A DNA stretch of 64,000 nucleotides from Candidatus Krumholzibacteriota bacterium (GTDB taxonomy: Bacteria; Krumholzibacteriota; Krumholzibacteriia; JAJRXK01). Below, one piece after another: positions 31,901-42,868 of the stretch. The translations under genes and the position numbers were made by a program. How positions within the stretch are numbered: position 1 is the first letter of the stretch; each line of letters begins with the position of its first letter. The notes beneath the pieces are model-generated. The model searched no databases, was not told where the DNA came from, and saw only the letters and a list, made by a program, of their open reading frames with translations. Location: positions 480,001 through 544,000 of the forward strand of contig CAVXTH010000009.1 of the NCBI GenBank assembly GCA_963764625.1. Direction: 5' to 3'.

Positions 31901-32365
31901 TTCCCCAGATTCGCCGTTGGTGTATTGCCAGGCGCCGACGATGACGTCGTCGTAACCGTCGCCGTTGACATCGCCGGCCGCCGAAACCGAGTTTCCAAGA
32001 TTTTCGAAGTATTGGTCCCCAACGACACTACCACCGGTAGACCACAAGCCAGTGACCGAACCCAGCAAAACTTCGAAGTACCCCTCGTCGTAGAGTGGCC
32101 CACCGAAGTCGGCATCCGGAGCTGCCATGATGATGTCGCTGAATCCGTCACCATTGACATCACCGGCGGTCGCGACCGCTTTGCCAAAGTGTGCGTCGTT
32201 TTGGGTGAGACCGTAGTATGGACCGCTGTAATTCGGCAGGCAAGCAAGCTGGGCCAAAGCGGAGGAGTGCACGCAGACCGAGGTGATGGCAAGTGCAATG
32301 AGAATCAGAGGAACTCGCGAGCGGCTACCGGAGGTTGGGACCACGGACGCCAGGGTCGCACTCAT
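28957..32365 (-). pseudogene. FG-GAP (integrin-alpha) repeat protein with FlgD-Ig tail, frameshifted near 30690
   Basis: Many AGDVNGDGY.D..VGAP repeats over two frames, signal peptide after ATG 32365, PNPF...VFDVRGRRVATLVD tail. Confidence 0.85.
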
Positions 32366-32443
32366 GAGAGTACTCCCTTCGGGGGGGAGGGAAGGATCGT
32401 TGAATTGATCGTACGCGAATTCGACAGCCCACTTCCACCCGAA

Positions 32444-33180
32444 ACGGATAGTGGATTGTATACGGCGCTTTGGACGCAGAGCGAGCAACGACCTTCGAAA
32501 CGGGTGCTCTTTGCGCTGTGTTCTCGGTGCGATGATCACCATGAGGATTGATCGTCGATCCGCGACTCACCCTACCGCAACTCTGTTCGCCCGACATGCG
32601 CCCACCTGAGCGGCTTCCACCTATCCTCGTGCGGGTCGTTGCCGCCGATCCGTGCCAGGTGTCTGAGAATCCGGTCCACCACGGCTGCTTCGTCGATCAC
32701 CGACACGATCTTCATGGTTCCCCCGCACTGCGGGCAGAGCATGGGGTCCACCTCGAAGATCCTGTGCAGCAGGCGTGCCCAGCTGCGGCTGCGCGCAGTG
32801 GACGGTGCCCTGGCGATCGTCGCGTCCTGGGGGTTGGCTCTTGCCCCTCGGGCCCGGTGCGAGTACCAGCCGTAGTATCTGACCAAATGCTGGCGCGGTG
32901 CGGGGATCTGGGCGCACAGACGGCGGATCCTGCATGGATAGGGGAGGCCAGAGAGCATGGCAACACAACCCTTGTCGAGGTGGCACGGGCTCTTCAGGTG
33001 CATGTGATTTCGCGTAGACTTGGGCCGGCGATCAAGTTTGTTGAACTCGCGCCGTTACTCGTCCGTCGGAAGCCTGGGCGGCATCGTATAGTCGCGCCGT
33101 CGCCCCCTTGAAAAACTTCATCGAAGCCCATTGCACACTCATCTGTTTGTACTATATTGCATCTACGCACCGCCACCTTT
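32444..33180 (-). mobile_element. Non-autonomous mini IS91/ISCR element, copy 8; right border of the island
   Basis: Near-identical to copy 7 through GCACCGCCACCTTT. Confidence 0.9.
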
Positions 33181-35193
33181 GCCACCCAATTTCTGGAGAG
33201 CGGCGTGTCCTACCGCGAGCGGCAACGAACTACGAATCAGCTGTCTTCTCCCCGAAGTCCGCGGCTGCTCCCGTCGCCCTCCGAGCAGGAGATACAGAGT
33301 TTTCACTCGTTATGCGCAAGCTCTGGGTCGGCTGTGACTCGCTCTCGCGCGACCGCCGGCACTTCGGCGAAGCTAGGCTCCCCGGCGTCCTCTGGCTCCC
33401 GCGCGACTGCAGTCTCTTGCGACAAGCTGCGCGACACCTTCGCCGCCTATCGCGCCGCCGACTCGCGGCTCCTACTCCGCCTCTGTCTGGCAAGTGCCTA
33501 TTTCATCGCGCTGCGGGGGCCGCGCTGGATGGCCCATTCGCAACGTGATTACGCCAACGCGTTGCTCGGCGTTTCCCCCTCGACCCTCTTGGAGTGGGTT
33601 CGAGTAGGTCGCCTGCTCTGTCAGCAGCCGCATCTGCGGGCCGAGTTTCGCGAAGGGCATACTTCCCTTCGTGCGCTCGACGCCCTCGCGCGGCATGGGT
33701 TTAAGGAGCAAGATGCTAAGGGCAGCGGGGAGGACCACGCTCCGGGCGCATCCGCCCACCGCGCAGACAAACAAGAACGGAAGGGGACCAACTCCGAACC
33801 GGCAACCACCGGCAGTGCGGGAGGGGACGAGTCCGGCGAGTTCACCAACATCTCCTTTTCCGCACCCGCGCCCGCCGTCCTCTATCTCGAGGACTCCCTC
33901 GAGCTCGCCCGTGCAATTGTGGGACGCTGCCAGGGCGACGAAGAAGCCATCAGCGCCCTCCTCGCCGAGGCCGGCGGCGAAGGCGAATCAACCGTTGATG
34001 CGGCGCGGGCACGGCGCCGTTTCGGGGTTCGGGACGGGCGCACGCACACTCCCCGTTCACGGGAACAGTCCGCGCGTTTGGAACGCACCGCGCGAACCCT
34101 CCCCCATCCGCGCCTTCCCGTCCTGGGAGAGATTGCCCAACGTCGCTACGCCTTCCGTCTGCACGCCCTCTTGCAGCGTCTTTTGGCGCGACGCAATCGC
34201 CTGCGCCTCCGCCAAGAAGATCAGCTCTATGAATGGATGCTCGACGGTCTACACGAGCGCTACGGGTACTCCAACTTCGAGCGCTTCGCGCGCGCGCTTC
34301 TCGATCTGCCGCAGTCGACCTGCACCGATCGCCTGCGTCGCGCGCGCGAGAGGCGGAGAAAACACCCCATCGCCCTCGCCCGCGCCCGGGGCAAACTTTC
34401 CACCGTGCAGGCCGACCTCCTGGCGCTCCTGCATCGGCGTTGCCACGTTCCCGTCTCTGACCTATGGAAGTGGATCCGCTACGCACTTCGCCATACCGTG
34501 CGCGGCCTGCGCGCCGCCATGGCCTGGGCGCGCCGACAGCTCCTCACCGACTATCGCGCGTGGTCTCTGGCCGGTTGCGCTCCTCCGGATGAGGACCAAC
34601 TCCGAACCGGCAACCACTCTTTGGAAGTACTCGTGCGGAATCCGGAGCATGCGCAAGGGGCCACTCTCCACGAGGCGCTCTTGGCCTGGAATGACGCCCC
34701 CCGGGGCACCGCTCGCTTTCGCCTCAGTCTTCAGACCCGCGACGAGCTCCTGATGCAGCTCGCCAGCGAACAGGATCGCGTGCGAGCCCAGGCCGAAGTT
34801 CCCGCGCCGCGACGGATCCCGGCGTGGCTCGCGTTGTGTCGCCTCTTTTATCGCGCACGCAAGGTGTGGGCGGACCATCACCAGTCGATCCCGGCTTCCC
34901 AACGGCGCATTCTCGATCGCGATGGTTGGCGTTGCGCCACTCCGGAGTGTACGCAGCGCCGCAACCTCCAGGTCCATCACCTGCAGTACCGGGCGCGAGG
35001 GGGCGACGATCGCGACTCCAACCGCATCACACTCTGCGCGTTCCACCACCAGATCGGCGAGCACCAGGGGCTCTTGCGCGTACGCGGCGAAGTTGGGACC
35101 GACGGGAAAGGGCTCACCTGGGAGATGGGCCTCGATGAGCACGGGCGCCCCTTCAGGGTTTACCGCGACGAGAGACTTATGGCGTCAACGTGA
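33157..35193 (+). CDS. Large protein with C-terminal HNH endonuclease domain
   Basis: ILDRDGWRCATPECTQRRNLQVHHLQYRARGGDDRDSNRITLCAFHH; true start uncertain. Confidence 0.75.
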   Translation: MHLRTATFATQFLESGVSYRERQRTTNQLSSPRSPRLLPSPSEQEIQSFHSLCASSGSAVTRSRATAGTSAKLGSPASSGSRATAVSCDKLRDTFAAYRAADSRLLLRLCLASAYFIALRGPRWMAHSQRDYANALLGVSPSTLLEWVRVGRLLCQQPHLRAEFREGHTSLRALDALARHGFKEQDAKGSGEDHAPGASAHRADKQERKGTNSEPATTGSAGGDESGEFTNISFSAPAPAVLYLEDSLELARAIVGRCQGDEEAISALLAEAGGEGESTVDAARARRRFGVRDGRTHTPRSREQSARLERTARTLPHPRLPVLGEIAQRRYAFRLHALLQRLLARRNRLRLRQEDQLYEWMLDGLHERYGYSNFERFARALLDLPQSTCTDRLRRARERRRKHPIALARARGKLSTVQADLLALLHRRCHVPVSDLWKWIRYALRHTVRGLRAAMAWARRQLLTDYRAWSLAGCAPPDEDQLRTGNHSLEVLVRNPEHAQGATLHEALLAWNDAPRGTARFRLSLQTRDELLMQLASEQDRVRAQAEVPAPRRIPAWLALCRLFYRARKVWADHHQSIPASQRRILDRDGWRCATPECTQRRNLQVHHLQYRARGGDDRDSNRITLCAFHHQIGEHQGLLRVRGEVGTDGKGLTWEMGLDEHGRPFRVYRDERLMAST

Positions 35194-35331
35194 ACACTTC
35201 CAGGAGGGACAGTGACGGACAACGGACAGACGGAGAGTGAATTGTATAGGGCGCCTTGGCCGAAACGCGAGGGCGGACCTTCGAGACGGGTCCCCCTTGA
35301 GCGCCGACCCAGGTACTCGCGTCGGCAGGGA

Positions 35332-36963
<1,632 letters not shown>

Positions 36964-37043
36964 GGTCTCTCTCCTCGAAATTTCGCTGCGGTGGTGGGCG
37001 GGCGACGCCCGCGCGCGACGCCCTTCACCCTCGTGCCGGGAAG

Positions 37044-37868
37044 CTAGTCAATTCCCATCAGGAATCCCAAGAGCAGAGTCAGATTGGGGGCGCCGTCGTC
37101 GAAGCCGAATCCCAGCGAAGCGCGGAGGTGGTTGCTTCCGCTCACGAGGTAGTCCAGGCCCCCGTTGATGAGACCGTACTGGCTGGCGCTGCCCCAGTTG
37201 AACTCCCCGATTGCGCTGAGATCCCGCGAGAGGGGATAAATGGCACCGCCGCCGAAGTGGATGCCGGTATCCCGGTTGTCGCCGCTGAATTCCACGCTCT
37301 CGATTCCCGCATTGGCCAAAAGGACCCAGCCCGAATCGAGGTGGTAGCGCATCGCGCCGAAGAGATCGACGTTGAAATTGCCCGCCCCGACCTCTTTCTT
37401 GCCCACCGGGAGGTCGACCCAGGCCCCCAGGGCGACCTGCGGGTTCTTGGCCTGCACCCTGTACCGGGCGTAGCCGCGCAGATCGGAGAGTCCGGATTCA
37501 CTTCCCCCGCCATGGTCCGCGCTGAGATGGTCGAGGCTCCAGCGCACTCCGGTCTCGAGATCGGGAGCGGCCTTGAAACCAGCTTGTCCCCCCAAATTCC
37601 AGCCGCTGCCGCCATCGTAGTCGTTGAGCGCGAAGAAGGGTTCGACCACCAAATTCGGCACGATGACCGCGTCCTCGATCCACCTCGTGAAGGGTCGGAC
37701 GTCTTCGCTGCGCCCTTGATAACTCAGCTTGGACTCGTTGCGCGGAGCTACCGTCGCGGAGCTTTTGTTGTCGCCCGTCGTGCTCTTTCCGGTCCCCTGA
37801 GCATGGGCGATCACGGCCGAGCTCAAAAGGAGAGCGACGAGCGCTACGAAAAAGATGGTGCGTCGCAT
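37044..37868 (-). CDS. Putative outer-membrane beta-barrel protein
   Basis: Signal peptide, alternating hydrophobic beta-strand pattern. Confidence 0.6.
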   Translation of the reverse strand: MRRTIFFVALVALLLSSAVIAHAQGTGKSTTGDNKSSATVAPRNESKLSYQGRSEDVRPFTRWIEDAVIVPNLVVEPFFALNDYDGGSGWNLGGQAGFKAAPDLETGVRWSLDHLSADHGGGSESGLSDLRGYARYRVQAKNPQVALGAWVDLPVGKKEVGAGNFNVDLFGAMRYHLDSGWVLLANAGIESVEFSGDNRDTGIHFGGGAIYPLSRDLSAIGEFNWGSASQYGLINGGLDYLVSGSNHLRASLGFGFDDGAPNLTLLLGFLMGID

Positions 37869-38079
37869 GGTCAAGCTTCCTCCTGAAAATGAGTCGCTGT
37901 CGGCTGCAGCGTAACGCAGTGGCCGAGCTTGGAAACCCTTGGAAACTCAAATTCCTCAGGATCTGGGCAGGCTACGCGAAGGCCAGAAATCTCGCAAGAA
38001 ACTTGCTGAGAAGCGGAGCTTGCGGTGCCCAGCGATTTACCAGAGAGTGAATCCGTGGCACGCCGGCGCAAAGGAACGA

Positions 38080-38514
38080 ATGGACAAGTTCATCCGCATC
38101 ACTCCATCGCTGACCATTCTCGCCACCGAACTGCGCTTTCGGACTTCACGGAGCTCGGGACCGGGAGGGCAGCACGTCAACACCACCGATTCGCGGGTGG
38201 AGCTCTTGTTCGACGTGGCGGAGAGCGCGAGTCTGGGTCCCAGGCAACGGGCCCGATTGCGCGAGAAGCTGGACTCGCGCCTCGACGGACGCGGAGTGTT
38301 GCATCTAAGCTCTTCGGTGCACCGCAGCCAGGCTGCGAACCGGCGCGAGGTGTTGCAGCGATTTCAGCAGCTGCTCGCGGAGGCGTTGCGGCGGCCGCGT
38401 CTCCGTAAACCCACCGCGCCCACCGCGGCCAGTCGCCGTAGGCGAAAAGAAGCCAAACAGCGCCACGCGCAACGCAAACGCCAGCGTCGCGCGGTCGACC
38501 CCGATCGGGAGTGA
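38080..38514 (+). CDS. arfB: Alternative ribosome rescue factor ArfB
   Basis: SRSSGPGGQHVN, RSQAANR, basic C-terminal tail. Confidence 0.92.
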   Translation: MDKFIRITPSLTILATELRFRTSRSSGPGGQHVNTTDSRVELLFDVAESASLGPRQRARLREKLDSRLDGRGVLHLSSSVHRSQAANRREVLQRFQQLLAEALRRPRLRKPTAPTAASRRRRKEAKQRHAQRKRQRRAVDPDRE

Positions 38515-38516
38515 GA

Positions 38517-39479
38517 ATGTCCGCCGACCGAGCCCTTCTCCTGGCCCAGCTGGGTACGCCCGATGCGGCTACGGCCGGAGCGGTGCGCCGCTACCTGGCG
38601 GAGTTTCTCAGCGATGAGCGCGTGGTCGACTATCCGCGCTGGCTCTGGTGGCCACTCTTGCACGGGATCATCCTGCGCGTACGCCCGAAAAAGAGCGCCG
38701 CGATGTACCGCCGCGTCTGGATGCAGGAAGGCTCGCCGCTGCTGGTCTACAGCCGCCGCCTGGAGAGTGCGCTCGCCGCGGAGTTGGGGCCCGGTTGGAA
38801 GGTGGCTCTGGGGATGCGCTACGGAAACCCCGGCCTGAGAGAAGCGCTGGAGGAGCTGAAGAGCCGGGGCTTCGCCAAGCTCGTCGTTTTGCCCCTCTTT
38901 CCCCAGTATTCACGCTCGACCTGCGAGAGCGTGTACGACGCGCTGCACGCACTCTGGCCCGAGCGAGGCGACGAGGTGGTGGAAATCCGCGGCTTCGCGG
39001 AAGATGACAGCTACCTGGACGCTTTGGCCCAGAGCGCCCGCGAGGCCGAAGCGAAGTGGGGGCCCCCGCAGCACTGGCTTCTGAGCTTCCATGGTCTTCC
39101 GCGCCGCTACCTGAAGCAGGGGGATCCCTACGCGAGGCAGTGCGAGGCCACCGCGCGCCAGCTGGCGCAGAGAATGGGCTGGCCGGCGAGCCGGTGGGAA
39201 ATTTGCTACCAGAGCCGTTTCGGGCCCGAGCCATGGATCACGCCCAACACCCAGGAGCGTCTCCGAGAGCTGGGGAAGGCCCATATGGAGAGTCTCTACG
39301 TGATGACGCCCAGTTTCACCAGCGACTGTCTGGAGACCCTGGACGAAATCGGGGAGCTGGGAAAGGAGCTCTTCCGCGAGGCCGGTGGGGGAGAGCTGAG
39401 GCTGGTGCCCTGCCTGAACGACCATCCCGCCTTCGTGCGAAGTCTGGCGGGCCTCGTCCGGCGGTCCGTGCTAGACTGA
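38517..39479 (+). CDS. hemH: Ferrochelatase
   Basis: QLGTPD, GSPLL, LFPQYS, LLSFHGLP, YQSRFG, DCLETLDEI. Confidence 0.95.
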   Translation: MSADRALLLAQLGTPDAATAGAVRRYLAEFLSDERVVDYPRWLWWPLLHGIILRVRPKKSAAMYRRVWMQEGSPLLVYSRRLESALAAELGPGWKVALGMRYGNPGLREALEELKSRGFAKLVVLPLFPQYSRSTCESVYDALHALWPERGDEVVEIRGFAEDDSYLDALAQSAREAEAKWGPPQHWLLSFHGLPRRYLKQGDPYARQCEATARQLAQRMGWPASRWEICYQSRFGPEPWITPNTQERLRELGKAHMESLYVMTPSFTSDCLETLDEIGELGKELFREAGGGELRLVPCLNDHPAFVRSLAGLVRRSVLD

Positions 39480-39564
39480 AAAGTGAGGAGTGGAACTCTG
39501 AGGCGCGTGACGGCGTAGATCAAACGCTGGTACGGCTTCGACGCTTCCTGAGGAGACTGACCAG

Positions 39565-40866
39565 ATGGCTCGCACCATCTCGATCGTTCCCAAGGCCTCC
39601 GATCGCCAGGCTACCGAGGGCGATCATCCCGATTATTCAGCTCATCCTCTTCTCGATCCGCGTTTCTTTCAACGCGACCGCAACGCGATGCGTCAGTACG
39701 TGCGTCTGTTGCGTGAGAACATGAGCAATCCCTGGCGCTACCAGAGTCTTTTGAATCGATTACTGCATCCGGTCAGCGAACAGCATCCGCTGGAGGTGAA
39801 CGAGAGAATCATCTCCTCCTACCTCCACGACGCCAGCGCCTATCTGGCGCAGCTCGTTCGGCTTCTGCCCGAGGAGGAGAGAAAGCACTTTTCCTGCGAC
39901 GAGAGAATCGCCACCTGTAACGACTTTCACCAGCTGGTGGGACACCTCTTTTGCGACCACAGCAGCCGCTGCGCGTTCGAGGCCCGTCGCAAGCTCTATC
40001 TCGCGCGCATGCTCATCCAGATCGATCGTACCCGGCGCATTCAGGAAGGCCCGCGCCACAAGCGCTATTTGCTCTCGATCCTCGAGCGCGAACTCTGGGC
40101 CTACGTGCGCGAATCCGGAGACGTCGAGGTGAGCTACACCTTCGACGAATCCGGGGTGCATCTCAAGGAAGCGCGGGGAAAGGGTTCGGATTGCCACTGG
40201 CATCGTTTCAGCACGCGCCGAGTGGTGCGCGACCTGCCGGGTGGACCTTACGATCTCCCCATCTACCACGTTTCGGTGAGATTCAAGATGGATGGCGCGC
40301 CGGTGGCCGGCATGCGTCAGAAGGACCGCCGCGCCGAGGATTTGCCGCGGCTGGAAAGAATTCGTTCGGCCTCAGTTCTCTCCAAGATGCTGCGCAAACG
40401 CATCAACGATCCGGTCGCCATCACCGATATCTTAGGCCTTCGTTTCATCGTCGAGGATGAGAGGAGCGTCCACCAATTGGCGGATTTCCTCCATCACGTT
40501 CTCGGGGGACCACTGGCCTTCCGCAACCAGGTCGATCTGTTCCGTTTCCCCGAGCAACACCAGGAAATGAACCGCTTCAGCAGCAGCGAATTCAAGGTCT
40601 TCAAGGAGGACGTCGACGTGCTGTACGCACCGGGAAGAGGAGAGGCGATTCAACCGTACATCTTTCCGGTAGAACTGCAGATCCTCACGGTGGAGAGCTA
40701 CCTACGAACTCTCCGACGGCTCGACAACACCAGCCATCGAGCCTACAAGCGCCGACAATTCCTGGAAGGGGTCTTTCCCTATCTCTTCCCGACCGAGATA
40801 TACGGGGCGCCGGGAAATCCGAAGGACTCGCATTCGGGCAAGTCAGGCGAGCGCAAAGCACTCTGA
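39565..40866 (+). CDS. TIGR04552-like protein (RelA/SpoT-type nucleotidyltransferase fold)
   Basis: SVLSKMLRK...ITDILGLRFIVED...FPVELQILTVESY...SHRAYKRRQ. Confidence 0.6.
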   Translation: MARTISIVPKASDRQATEGDHPDYSAHPLLDPRFFQRDRNAMRQYVRLLRENMSNPWRYQSLLNRLLHPVSEQHPLEVNERIISSYLHDASAYLAQLVRLLPEEERKHFSCDERIATCNDFHQLVGHLFCDHSSRCAFEARRKLYLARMLIQIDRTRRIQEGPRHKRYLLSILERELWAYVRESGDVEVSYTFDESGVHLKEARGKGSDCHWHRFSTRRVVRDLPGGPYDLPIYHVSVRFKMDGAPVAGMRQKDRRAEDLPRLERIRSASVLSKMLRKRINDPVAITDILGLRFIVEDERSVHQLADFLHHVLGGPLAFRNQVDLFRFPEQHQEMNRFSSSEFKVFKEDVDVLYAPGRGEAIQPYIFPVELQILTVESYLRTLRRLDNTSHRAYKRRQFLEGVFPYLFPTEIYGAPGNPKDSHSGKSGERKAL

Positions 40867-40872
40867 TTTCGC

Positions 40873-41793
40873 TCAGAATTCGCGCTTCTCTTTGGGCACC
40901 CGGGTTTTTGCCGCGACGTAGTGCACGTTCGAGAGCTTCAGTCCCATCGAAATGAGACGGATCTCTTCCTGTTCTTGAAGACTCACCCGTCCGTCGCCCG
41001 CCGCTACCGCGAAGAGGACGTCGAGGAAGGAGATGCGTTCGGCCTCGGTAGTGAGGGAAAAGAATTCACGGAGGCTTCGGTGCAGATCGAGCTCGTCGCC
41101 GGAGTGAACGAGCACCACCTCGCTCACCGCGCACGCGACGCCTTCACTCAGCCCCCAACCATCGCGAAGCGCCTCCACCATCACCGCGCGCTCTCCCTCG
41201 TCTACCCGCCGGTCGACTTCGGCCACGTGAGCCAGGAGTCCGCCGGCCAAACAGAGGCGCTTGAGCTCCCTCTCGTCGAAGTCGTGGCTCATGTCTTCCT
41301 CGGCGATTCGATCGGCGACCTCTCGCAAAATGGTGTGGTTGAGTTCCTCGAGGCGCTTTTGGGGAAGTTCCGCCTGCGCGGCGGCATGCGCGCGGCGCTG
41401 GAGGGGCGAGCGGAAAAAGCTCTTCAGTTCCTGCCATACTGTCGTTTCGTCGTGCTGGATGGCCTGGCGGATCTTTTCCATCGCATCGCGCTCGGGCTCG
41501 CCGAACTCGCCGTCAGTACGCAGGAGCCGGTCGATCGCGTCAAGTACCAGGCAACGGTCCTCTTCGCCATCGATACTCTGGGCCAGGTTCTGGATGAGAC
41601 GCTCACGCTCGCGAGTGTCCACCGGAAACTCCGCGCGGCGTTCGAGTTCGGCCCAGTGTTCCGGCCGAAGCCCGGGAAGGCGGAAGAGCAGGTCCTTGAG
41701 ACTCTGCAACTCTTTGGGGCTCAACTCCCCGTCGGCCCAGGCCGCGGCGACGAGGGCATGCCCCAGGTTCAATACGACTCTTTGCTGCGTCAT
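40873..41793 (-). CDS. TerB-family protein (tandem TerB-like domains)
   Basis: LVAAAWADGELS, VAEVDRRVDEGE, LFAVAAGDGRVS...EEIRLIS. Confidence 0.75.
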   Translation of the reverse strand: MTQQRVVLNLGHALVAAAWADGELSPKELQSLKDLLFRLPGLRPEHWAELERRAEFPVDTRERERLIQNLAQSIDGEEDRCLVLDAIDRLLRTDGEFGEPERDAMEKIRQAIQHDETTVWQELKSFFRSPLQRRAHAAAQAELPQKRLEELNHTILREVADRIAEEDMSHDFDERELKRLCLAGGLLAHVAEVDRRVDEGERAVMVEALRDGWGLSEGVACAVSEVVLVHSGDELDLHRSLREFFSLTTEAERISFLDVLFAVAAGDGRVSLQEQEEIRLISMGLKLSNVHYVAAKTRVPKEKREF

Positions 41794-41926
41794 CACTGTC
41801 TCCTCACCCTGAATTTCCACTGTCAAACGAAAGGAAGACCAGAGCTGGGTCCGCGATTATAGTGATCACAGGAAGAACTTACTCGGTGCCGGGCAGCACG
41901 CAACTTCCCGAGGTCTCTAAGCTCCA

Positions 41927-42865
41927 GTGCGCTCAAAAGTCACAGTCGCGCTCCTTCTCGCCCTGGTGGCAGGGGTGGCCCTCTCCTATCTGTTGGCCGG
42001 AACGCGCTCTTTCCCTGGGTCTTCGTCGAATCAGGAACGCTCCACCACTCCGTCCTCGAGTCGCGCGTGGAACCATGGGGTCATTCTCTTCGCGCCCAAT
42101 CTCGAGGAGACCGCGTGGGCTCTGGGCTACGGAGACGAAATCCTGGCCACCACCGACTATTGTGTCTGGCCGCCGCAGCTCTTGACCTTGCCCAAAGTGG
42201 GCGGCGCTGTGGATCCGAAGCTCGAGAAGATTCTGAGTTTGAGGCCGGACCTCCTGGTGGTGCAGGGAGAGAGTCGGGTGCTTTCGCGCTTCGCGGACGA
42301 CCACTCCATTCCCCTGGCCCGGGTCGACATGGATCTGGACGTCGAATCCATACTGCGTGGTTTCTGCGTGCTCGATTCCATTCTGGCGCAACGAAAGCGG
42401 CCCGATGGAGATCGACTGCGCGCGAAAGTGGAAGCAGAGCTGGGCCGCATATCCACCCGCGCGGATTCGCTGGCAGATGCATCTCCACGGCCGCTCGTGT
42501 TGTTGTCTCTGGGACACGACCCGGTGAACTTGAGCCGGCTGTGGACGGTGGGAAGCAAGAGCTTTCTGAACGAATTGCTCACGCTGGCGGGAGGGGAGCC
42601 CCTTTACGCCGATTCCCCCCTGGGATACTTCGAACCCAGTTTGGAATCGGTGCTCGCCAAGCCCCCCAACCTGGTTCTCGAACTACGGCCTGGCACAAAG
42701 TGGAGCCAGAAAAAGGAAGACGAGTTGGCGGCGATCTGGCGCAAGGGCGATGTTTTGTGCCCGGTCGTGTTGGTGACTTTCGATGGTCTCTTGATTCCAG
42801 GACCGCGGATCTCCCAGACGGCTCGCGTGTTGCAGGCAGCCCTTTTCAGAGCGCGGGGGAACTGA
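41927..42865 (+). CDS. ABC substrate-binding protein, cobalamin/iron-chelate (BtuF-like)
   Basis: TDYCVWP...LPKVGG..DPKLEKILSLRPDL. Confidence 0.85.
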   Translation: MRSKVTVALLLALVAGVALSYLLAGTRSFPGSSSNQERSTTPSSSRAWNHGVILFAPNLEETAWALGYGDEILATTDYCVWPPQLLTLPKVGGAVDPKLEKILSLRPDLLVVQGESRVLSRFADDHSIPLARVDMDLDVESILRGFCVLDSILAQRKRPDGDRLRAKVEAELGRISTRADSLADASPRPLVLLSLGHDPVNLSRLWTVGSKSFLNELLTLAGGEPLYADSPLGYFEPSLESVLAKPPNLVLELRPGTKWSQKKEDELAAIWRKGDVLCPVVLVTFDGLLIPGPRISQTARVLQAALFRARGN

Positions 42866-42868
42866 AAG

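Noticed and set aside
28957-32365. FG-GAP nucleotide repeats as a diversity-generating retroelement template/variable pair
   Set aside because: They are ordinary protein repeats. There is no reverse transcriptase and no adenine-specific mismatch pattern that I could see.
2019-33180. The repeats as a CRISPR array or classical integron attC array
   Set aside because: Repeats are 99-1790 bp pieces of a transposase-bearing element and the spacers are kilobases long. No cas or intI gene is in the window.
33160-33180. tRNA 3'-end-like attachment site (CCGCCACC) at the island border
   Set aside because: No T-loop or cloverleaf, no CCA end, and no integrase in the window.
41830-41926. Cobalamin riboswitch upstream of the Btu-like operon
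   Set aside because: The gap is too short and I could not see the conserved B12-box motifs.
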